From an uncultured Bacteroidota bacterium (lineage in GTDB: Bacteria > Bacteroidota > Ignavibacteria > UBA10030 > UBA6906): a stretch of 64,000 nucleotides of DNA. How positions within the stretch are numbered: the stretch's first letter is position 1; the number at the start of each line of letters is the position of its first letter. The notes under the pieces were generated by a model, which made no database searches, had not been told where the DNA came from, and was given only the letters and a program-made list of their open reading frames with translations. The stretch spans positions 160,001 through 224,000 of the forward strand of contig CAVOYH010000003.1 in the NCBI GenBank assembly GCA_963700635.1, read 5' to 3'. The position numbers and the translations under genes are program-made. Below are positions 1 to 8,148 of this stretch, in pieces.

Positions 1-251
1 TGGATGCAACACATCCGAATGACAATGTCGAATATGTCAACTCGGGCCTTGAAGTTGCATGGCAGGAAATTCTTTTCGGCCGGATCGGGTACAAATCACT
101 CTTCCTGCGCGACACCGAGCAGGGGCTTACATGGGGACTCGGCGTTCACTACGGCATTCCAAACGTGGCAACAGTAAAACTGGACTACGGTTTTGCGGAT
201 TACGGCAGACTGAAGAACGTGCAGTACTTTTCGCTGGGAGTACGACTGTAA
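1..251 (+). CDS. PorV/PorQ-like outer-membrane beta-barrel, 3' end (partial; not in ORF track)
   Basis: Frame from nt 3 reads DATHPNDNVEYVNSGLEVAWQEILFGRIGYKSLFLRDTEQGLTWGLGVHY...KLDYGFADYGRLKNVQYFSLGVRL*, stop TAA 249-251; aligns by eye with the C-terminus of 3377..4411. Confidence 0.85.
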   Translation, partial: DATHPNDNVEYVNSGLEVAWQEILFGRIGYKSLFLRDTEQGLTWGLGVHYGIPNVATVKLDYGFADYGRLKNVQYFSLGVRL

Positions 252-285
252 CGAAGCAGTAGTCAGGACATCAGGGTACACACAA

Positions 286-321
286 CAAAGAGAGAAGAAC
301 CGGCACGTTCTTCTCTCTTTG
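286..321. terminator. Hairpin between convergent genes, probable terminator
   Basis: Perfect 15-bp inverted repeat CAAAGAGAGAAGAAC-cggcac-GTTCTTCTCTCTTTG followed by GTTTT. Confidence 0.7.
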
Positions 322-420
322 GTTTTCCGCACTCGTCGGCGATTGCGGCCGTCTTCCTCCATGACAGTCCGACGGGCCCGGCCGTCACCGATGCCGCTCT
401 GCACTCATCTCACCCGCATA

Positions 421-2679
421 TCATTTCACGAGCATCATCTTCTGCGTCACGGTTCTCCCCTCCCATTCCATCCTGGTGAAATACGCCCCGCTCGCAACGC
501 CTTCCCCGCTAAAACGAACCCTGTAGACACCCGGCTGATGAATCCCGTCGGCAAGTGTCGCGACGAGCTGTCCGACGATGTTGTAAACACGCACGGCGAC
601 GTGTGATTGTTTCCCCACCGTGTACCGGATGGTCGAGGATGGATTAAACGGATTCGGGTAGTTCTGTTCCAGGAGGAATTCTCTCTCGGCTCCCGACGCA
701 GAAGTCAGCTCCAGCACTGCAGCGTTGCTGACCGTAAACCGGAACTCTTCCCCCTGCCGGATCGGCCGCACGGTCAAGACGACGTTCGTGTCTCCCGGAC
801 CGGGCAGCACCGCGGCACCCGCCGGTGCTGTCGGACGGACCTCGGCGTGCGTGTTGTTCGTCGCACTTCGATAGGCCGGAGGTGTCAGGAAAATGATCCG
901 TTCGCCTATGGTCCACCGTTTGTTGACCACTGACTCCACAACCAGCAGGTCCATCCGCTGGCCGTCCGTGATGTTCCATCCAAAAAATGGAACGACCACC
1001 TCCCTTTTTCCGGTTGTCCCGAGCGCTGTGTCGAGTACAGCCGAATAACTCCCATCGGCAAGTGTATCGGTGCTTCCCCACACAAGTGCCACATCGATGG
1101 GCGCTGTCCGTTGTGTGCCCGCCGAGGGGATATTCAGGATGAAGTTCAGATTGGTGCCTGAACGGTTGATCATGGACGACCGGGCAAAGTCGATGGCGAG
1201 ATCAAACTCCGGAATCACCTCCAATGCAACACCCTGGAAGGTGGGCGTCAGGTAGAACACCCCCTCACCCCGGTCGATCAGAAAGGAGCGAACAAGCGTG
1301 TCACCCGTGGTGAGATTGTGTACCGAAAGTGCGGCGCTGGCCGGAGAGAGAGAATCGAAGATCGCGGCATAGGTCTGGCCCGTTAATGCAAGACTGTCAA
1401 GGACATGGACGATGACGCTGCTGGTCGTCCGCCCGGAATGGTGCGCGAGTGAATTGGGATCAAGGTGGCCCTGCGGGCGGGAGGGTGAGAGGATCCGGGC
1501 AACGATCTCATAATCTTTTCCTGCCTGGCCCCAACTTGACCATACCGCCATAAGAAAATCTCCGTTGAGTTGGACGGCGTCCGGTTCCCATTGAAAACTC
1601 TCCGTGGTGGTGTTACAGCGTGTTTCAAATGAGCGCCTTCCCCCTGAACTGTCGAACACTTGCAGATACACGCCTTCCCGGCTTCCATCCTGTTTCCAGC
1701 TCGACCAGACCACGGCAAACCCATCATCCTCAATCCGGCGAATTCTGGGGAGCCACTGATAGTATGCGGTTGTGGTGTTCACAATCTGTTCGCTTCCGAT
1801 CTTGGTTCCGTCAGGTCCGAATCTTTGCAAAACGATACTGCCATCGGCTCCATCTTGTTCCCAGCTGCACCATACCACAACAAACGTGTTGTCTGAAAGC
1901 GTCTCCACATCCGCGTACCACTGGTAGTCAGCGGTATAGGTGTTTGCCGGGATCTCTCCTGTGCGCGGTGTCCCCGTGCTGTCAAACAACCGCGTATAAA
2001 CTCCATACCCCCCTGTTTCGTCCTGCGACCAGGACTCCCAGACGACGACAATCCCGCCATCCGGCAGAAATTTCACCGCGGGCCTGGCCTGGCTGAAGGC
2101 GGTGGTGGTATGGACGCGAATCTCTCCGGTGGCGGGAACACCATCGGCCGAATAGACCCTCATGAACACGTCGCGGTCATCAGAGGGGGTCCAGCTGTTC
2201 CAGACGACAACAAACCGTCCGGACTCGCTGACCGCTACATCCGGTTCGGTCTGGGTCCGGGCCACTGTCGTATTAACCAGGAACTCCTCACCCGGGGGGA
2301 GAGAAGTCGTGAACCGCCGAGCCCTGATATCATAGGCCGAATCAAGGTGTGTCAGTGATGCCCAGGCCACCACAAGCGCCCCGGAAGAATTCATGCTGCA
2401 TGCCGGCTTTTCCTGATCTCCGTGCACTGTTGTGTTCACCCTGATTTCCCCGCCCACGGCCGCTCCGCCGGGGGCATACCTCTGCATCACGATGTCTCCT
2501 TTGCTGTCGGGCCCTGCGTGATTTTCCGCATTCCACACGATTGCGACGTTGCCGGAACCATCCCGTTCAATCTGAGGGTCTCGCTGTGTGGAGTCGCGTT
2601 GGGTGTTCACGATGAACTCTCCCTGGGCAAAAAGGGGATGGCTGACAGCAAAGAAGAGAAAGAACCAAAGGGCTTTCAT
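421..2679 (-). CDS. T9SS type A sorting-domain protein with N-terminal repeat (probable beta-propeller) region
   Basis: Start moved to ATG 2679 (MKALWFFLFFAVSHPLFA-Q signal peptide); about 7 repeats of ExxVNTxxxxxQxxP...VVWxSW; C-terminal LEQNYPNPFNPS...SGAYF...QKMMLVK. Confidence 0.85.
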   Translation of the reverse strand: MKALWFFLFFAVSHPLFAQGEFIVNTQRDSTQRDPQIERDGSGNVAIVWNAENHAGPDSKGDIVMQRYAPGGAAVGGEIRVNTTVHGDQEKPACSMNSSGALVVAWASLTHLDSAYDIRARRFTTSLPPGEEFLVNTTVARTQTEPDVAVSESGRFVVVWNSWTPSDDRDVFMRVYSADGVPATGEIRVHTTTAFSQARPAVKFLPDGGIVVVWESWSQDETGGYGVYTRLFDSTGTPRTGEIPANTYTADYQWYADVETLSDNTFVVVWCSWEQDGADGSIVLQRFGPDGTKIGSEQIVNTTTAYYQWLPRIRRIEDDGFAVVWSSWKQDGSREGVYLQVFDSSGGRRSFETRCNTTTESFQWEPDAVQLNGDFLMAVWSSWGQAGKDYEIVARILSPSRPQGHLDPNSLAHHSGRTTSSVIVHVLDSLALTGQTYAAIFDSLSPASAALSVHNLTTGDTLVRSFLIDRGEGVFYLTPTFQGVALEVIPEFDLAIDFARSSMINRSGTNLNFILNIPSAGTQRTAPIDVALVWGSTDTLADGSYSAVLDTALGTTGKREVVVPFFGWNITDGQRMDLLVVESVVNKRWTIGERIIFLTPPAYRSATNNTHAEVRPTAPAGAAVLPGPGDTNVVLTVRPIRQGEEFRFTVSNAAVLELTSASGAEREFLLEQNYPNPFNPSSTIRYTVGKQSHVAVRVYNIVGQLVATLADGIHQPGVYRVRFSGEGVASGAYFTRMEWEGRTVTQKMMLVK

Positions 2680-2723
2680 CCTGGCCTCATTGATTGGGCC
2701 CGAACCTCCTGCAGAGGCCCGGG

Positions 2724-3335
2724 TTATTTCAACTGGAAATCCAACAGGGGGTTGGTCAGCGAAGGGCCGTACTGGTAGTGCCACCATTCCGCGGCGTATC
2801 GGGTGAGTCCGCCTACATTTTCCATCATGGCGAGCAGCAATTCGCGGTTGGCAACCTGCTCGGCCGACATCCCGATCGTCCACCCGTGACGTGCCGCATC
2901 GCCAAAATAGTCAAAGACTGTCGGCATCACCAGTTCCTGCCCCGTGGCAAGGTGGACGAGTGATACGTCCACCGCGCCGCCGCGATTGTGGTTTGAGCCG
3001 CTTGCCGGGTCGGCCACGTAGACGGGATTGGGGAATATCTCGAACATAAGATATTGCACGGCCCGCGGCCTGTACCCATCGAAAATCTTGAGCCCGAGTC
3101 CTCTCAGACGCAGACTGTCCTGAACGATCTTCAGGCGTTTGACGGTACCGTGCGCCAGCAGACATTCATCGGTCGTGTAGAGTTTTTGCTGGAAAAAATT
3201 GTCCGTCGTATTGTACTTCAAATCCAGCACAATATCGGGGATAAGTTCTTTGACGTTGACAAGTTCGCTGTCGGATGATTGCGCAACGACGAGACAGGGA
3301 AGGAAAAGTACAACGGAGAGAAGAGAACATTTCAT
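2724..3335 (-). CDS. ddpX: D-alanyl-D-alanine dipeptidase (M15, VanX/DdpX family) with signal peptide
   Basis: Motifs DGYRP, SNHNRGGAVD (SxHxxGxAxD), EWWHY; hydrophobic N-terminus ending VVA-Q. Confidence 0.85.
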   Translation of the reverse strand: MKCSLLSVVLFLPCLVVAQSSDSELVNVKELIPDIVLDLKYNTTDNFFQQKLYTTDECLLAHGTVKRLKIVQDSLRLRGLGLKIFDGYRPRAVQYLMFEIFPNPVYVADPASGSNHNRGGAVDVSLVHLATGQELVMPTVFDYFGDAARHGWTIGMSAEQVANRELLLAMMENVGGLTRYAAEWWHYQYGPSLTNPLLDFQLK

Positions 3336-3376
3336 GGAACACCTCCGGGGAGAGAGGAAGAGTCAGGATCGGGTGG

Positions 3377-4411
3377 TCAGAATTTTACCCCGAATGTCAG
3401 ATAGTGGACATTCTTCAGCCGTCCCCAATCCTGGTAGGCATAGTCCACTTTGAGTTTAAATTCCCCCACGATCCGGTAGTGTACCCCGATACCTGCGGTG
3501 AACCGTTGTTCCGTATCCCGTTCGAACAGCGACTTCCATCCGCCGCGCAGGAACACGATTTCATTCCAGGCATATTCCACACCGGCATTGATGTACTCGG
3601 TATTATCGTTCGGATGTACGGCGTCGATGGCCGTTGTCAGGCGGTGTTCATCCGCCTTGACGACATCCGCCGCGACCCCGACCCGGAAGATAAGCGGAAG
3701 GTCAAACGATTCGAGCTGAACATCGGTATTGATGAGGTTTCCCTCCCCGCCTCCCACCTGTGTTATCATCAGGTTGTCGCGCCCCTCGAGTTTCATCTTC
3801 GTGCCGAAGTTCGAGATACTCGCCGCGAGACGGAATTCATTGAGTATCGGGATTTTGTAGAGTGTACCGATATCCAGGGCCACTCCCGTCGCCGACATAT
3901 TCCAGAGGTATTCGCGAAGGTATTTCACATTAAGCCCCAGGGAGAACTGATCGGTCAGGTTACGGGCATAGCTGATCCCGATGGCCATGGCGCCCGCGGA
4001 GAAGTACTCTCCTGTCCCTTCCGGTTGGGCTGTGGTCCGTACCAGCATCTCGTCCATCGACAACACACTGACAAATGCGCCCAGTGTCCCGACATCGGGC
4101 AGATAGGTGGCAAACGCGGCATAGTCAAAATTGACGTCAGCTATCCACCGGACATGATTAAATGTCGCCTCGCTTGAGTACAGATTTGCCATCCCGCCGG
4201 GATTCCAGTACATCGCAGTGATATCGTCGGCGACCGCCGTAAAAGCACCGCCCATGCCGATGGCCCGTGAACCAACGCCGATCTTAAGGAACGGCGCTGC
4301 AGACGTCCCCGTTTTCGTAAGGTTCTGCGTCAGTGCGACTGGCAGGAGGACCAACACCAGACACGCGGTCATGGCAACAACCCTCATTCCCCTGCTTCCT
4401 GTGCTCTTCAT
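3377..4411 (-). CDS. PorV/PorQ family outer-membrane beta-barrel
   Basis: FLKIGVGSRAIGMGGAFTAVADDITAMYWNPGG signature; C-terminal Phe; ATG 4411 preceded by GGAG. Confidence 0.85.
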   Translation of the reverse strand: MKSTGSRGMRVVAMTACLVLVLLPVALTQNLTKTGTSAAPFLKIGVGSRAIGMGGAFTAVADDITAMYWNPGGMANLYSSEATFNHVRWIADVNFDYAAFATYLPDVGTLGAFVSVLSMDEMLVRTTAQPEGTGEYFSAGAMAIGISYARNLTDQFSLGLNVKYLREYLWNMSATGVALDIGTLYKIPILNEFRLAASISNFGTKMKLEGRDNLMITQVGGGEGNLINTDVQLESFDLPLIFRVGVAADVVKADEHRLTTAIDAVHPNDNTEYINAGVEYAWNEIVFLRGGWKSLFERDTEQRFTAGIGVHYRIVGEFKLKVDYAYQDWGRLKNVHYLTFGVKF

Positions 4412-4507
4412 ATGTTTATCTCCAGGGTGCATTCTGTGTGCGATGCAGTGACAACTCCGCCCCCTCTCCCCGTGCCACGACACGGGAAAAGCGGGAGCGG
4501 AGTGGCA

Positions 4508-7500
4508 TTACTTGATCAGCGCAAACTTAAGAATTTTCTCTCCAATTCCGGGCGCGTCGATATGGGCGATATAAACGCCGTAGGCAACGCCAAAACCATC
4601 CCGGTTCAGGAGGTTCCAGTACTCGCGTCCGCTCTCCATCCCCGACTCATGCTCGATCGTCTGCACAACATCCCCGTTGATCGTGAAGATCCGGATGGTA
4701 CAGCGTGATGGAAGATGTTCGAAATATATCCGACGTTCACCGCGTGTTGCGCCGGGGAGTCGGTTTGTGGGCTCAATGTCGCTCAGGCCGACGTACGGGT
4801 TAGGCACCACGTAAATGTTGTCCATCCGCGAGGAGGCAAGAGTATTGTCCACACTCGCACCTTCTGTTTTCAAGGTGAAGGTATCCGACGCATCAAACGG
4901 ACGGCGGGTGGCTATGAGCAGAATGTCGCCATCACCGGGAATTCGTGGCGTAATGCTGGTGTCAGCGGGTTTTGTGATCACGACACCCCAGGTTGTGGTA
5001 TCCGTGGGGAGACCTGTGGCCCCGGGCTTGAAGAGCACTATTTCCTCCCCCGTACTCCATTGCAGATCCCGCGTAGCCGAGTTCTCCGCAAGAAACGTCT
5101 GAATACGCCGGGGCGAGCCGGTCGTCACATCAACTACGGCATACCGCACCGGCACGCGAATGAGTCCGCCGCTCTGCACGAGCGCCGTATCGATATTCTG
5201 GGAAGAGAACCGGATTTCGTAGTCCGCCGGCCAGAGGCGTTTCCGCGTCCCGATGGACGTGAGTTTCGCAATGAAGTTATAGTTGCTTTTGCCTTCAATC
5301 CAGCGCGAGCGGACTGAGTCGTATGCCAGGACCGGATGGTCCTCGATTTGTAATGCCACCCCATCAAACACCGGATTGGAATCTTCTGCCTTAAGGGAAC
5401 GGCTCTCAAACACAGGGTAATACCGATATGTCACGGTATATGTTCCGTTGGCCGGCATCGCGCTTGCGGCTGTCCGGCGGATGGCCCCGCGCTGGAAATT
5501 CATAAGATAGTCCACGCCGTAGGTGTACGTCGTGCCGTTTACACCGGTCACCCTGAAGAAACTGTCGTTGGCTATGTTCGGACGCGACAGTGCCGAGTAG
5601 TTCGTGTCGAACGGCACAAACGTCTCAGTAGTGCTTCGTGTGTCAAGCACCGAATAGTTCTTGCCACGATCCCTGCGGTTTCCATTCTGGAATGAATCTG
5701 CAAAACTGATCTGATACTGACCCCCGCTCCGGATCGCGAGATCGTTCAGAATCCGGAATTGCACCGGACCCGTTCCGATCCCCCGATCATGGGTGATGTC
5801 TTGTGAAAGGATCGCCGGGGCCTTATAACCGCTCGTGCGCGGGCCGGGCACAACCTGGGCGGTGTTCACATCAAATTTGAGTGTTGATGTGATGGGATCC
5901 ACGGTGATCTTCTTTGTGGTTTCGGTGGGAGGAATCCCGACCGAATCACCATGATCATACGCAACAACGGCGTAGTAATACGTCTGTCCGTTGATGACGT
6001 TATTCGAATCCACGAACGAATGCACCAGGCCACGGTTGTTGCCCAGAAAGTACTGGATGCCGCGGTCCTGATATGGGACGGGGTGATATCCTTTCCAGGG
6101 GTCATCCACTTCCTCGGACCACCTGCCGTCTTTGTTGATGTCTACAAAGGGTTCACCAGCATCATATCTGCCATTGTTGTTCAGATCCGTGTACTTCTCC
6201 TGGCGTCTGGCGATGTCCCACTTCGCCTCAACGCCGCTCAGTTCAGTCAGGGGCCTGGTGAGGAATCGGGATCCTTTTCCGTCAGTGACGGTCTGAATGT
6301 CATTAAAGCCCGGGTCCGTGCTCCGGTAGACCACATAGCCCTCAAAATCTTCTCCGGTTATCGGGTCAACACTTTCCTCGGCTATGGTATCCCAGTAGAG
6401 TGTGACTTTTTTGTCGTCCGGCACGGCGGTCATGCGCGGCGTGTTCGGGGGCCGGAAGAACTGGTAGTTCTTGTTATAGATGGTCTGCACCGTTTTCGCC
6501 GTGGTAAGGAGGCCGTCAAGATTTTCGGCAAGGAGAAGTGCCATGGAGATCCGTTTGGTTTCGGCACGCGCAAGAGAAATATATCCCGAGCCAAAAATAA
6601 AAACGATGTCTGCGCTCTGCTGGATCGCCCCGAAGTTGCGCGGGATGGAGCGGTTCCACATGGATTCGTCGTTGGAGATCCTGTCGGTATTCCATGACCA
6701 GCTGTTGAAGCTCGTGAGCCCGATCTGATCTGATTCGTCCAGGTCGGTGAGTTCAAAATTGGGTTCCCCCGGATACAGGGGATCAAGTGATCCGTCAGGC
6801 AGGCGTCTTCCTGCATCGGGAACACCGTTGCCTTCTCCCTGATCCTGGGAGTTGGGCACACCGTCGATCCCGACGTCATCCGATATCGGACTCCAGTCCC
6901 CATCGTTGTCAATCCCGTCATCCTGCCGTTCGTCGATAAGCCCGTCGCCGTCGTCATCTCTGCCGTTGTCCGGATCACCGGGACTCTCGAGAAACTTGCA
7001 GCCCAGGTACCCCAGGGGAAGACCTCGCGCCCCGGTCATATCCGGATCCCAGAAATACACAAGACTCCTCGAGTAGACGGGGATATCGTCCACCCGGCCG
7101 AGTGTATCATAGGGCGGGATAAAAAAACCGTTGTCGTCCGTGTTCTCCGGCGACCCACCTCCCAGATCGGGATCACCATAGATGCCGAAGAACAGACTGT
7201 CAAGATCCTTCTCGCTCGTATTGGTGATTGTGTAGACGAAGAAGATGGTGTTCTCTGCGAGAGCATTACTCCATTGGAACGCGCGCCCGTCAATCTGGAT
7301 GCCGATCCCTTTCCGTGCGGAATCACTCGGAAACGGAAAGTATGGGAATTCCGTGTTGAACCGGTCGTCCATCGCCCAGAACACTTCGAGATCGGAACTC
7401 AACACATCCTGAGAGAGGTAGCCGGGCCAGACGTACCTGCCGAGTGTCGGATTGTACCAGCTGCGCGGCCAGCTGTCCGGTTTGCCGTCGCCATTAACAT

Positions 7501-8075
7501 CATCCGCCGGATTTGAGGCAATACGCGGCTGATCCGGGTCAGCGTATCCCGGTAATGGTTGCCACTGCCAGAGAGTATCGCCGGTAGGATTCACTTCCCG
7601 CAGGGCGGGGTAGTCCCAGAGTGCATCGGAGATGATGTGGAGGCGGCGGGCAGGGTCGCCGGCAGAGGGAACGGATGCCCCCACAATCGGACAGAACTGA
7701 AATGCGTAGTCCAGATTCCGCCAGACGAGGTTATTCACCGACCGGAGTGCATCGTAGCCGGGCGCAATGCCTCCGTAATTGTAGAGTTCAACCGCAATTT
7801 TGTTCCCGTTCATAAAAAAAGACTTGCGGTCCTTCTGTGCCGTTACGGCGGTGGTTTTTGCCGGTGGTCGCTGATCGGGCTTCATCTGCGTGTCCGGGAC
7901 TCCGGCAACGGGCGTCGTGGACTGTGAAGATGCCGTCGTTCTCATGTACTCCTTCACCGCCCGCTGGGCGCGCTCAGAATTGCTCGTCCGGCGTCTCGGC
8001 GCTTGCGCCGCCGATTACGACACCCAGTGCCACAGCCAGCAACCAATTAAACCGGGTACCTGCTGAAGTTTTCAT
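4508..8075 (-). CDS. Large secreted acidic Ca-binding-repeat protein with variant T9SS-like C-terminal domain; frameshift near 7975
   Basis: ORF 4508..7957 has DxDxDG repeats, an FN3-like segment (VTLYWD...FEGYVVYRS...YYYAVVAYD) and a VVPNPY...YGVYIAHI...KFALIK tail; its signal peptide (MKTSAGTRFNWLLAVALGVVIGGASA) is encoded from ATG 8075 one base out of frame. Confidence 0.75.
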
Positions 8076-8148
8076 TCACATTCTTCCTTTTTGCCTGCTT
8101 GCTTCATCCTTCGAATCCTCTCTGCCTTCGACCATCATGAGCGGGTTG

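Noticed and set aside
2724-3335. Vancomycin-resistance locus
   Set aside because: Only a VanX-family gene; no vanH, vanA or vanRS, and it carries a signal peptide.
3275-4177. 300-aa + strand ORF
   Set aside because: Antisense to the PorV-like gene; expected from high-GC codon bias.
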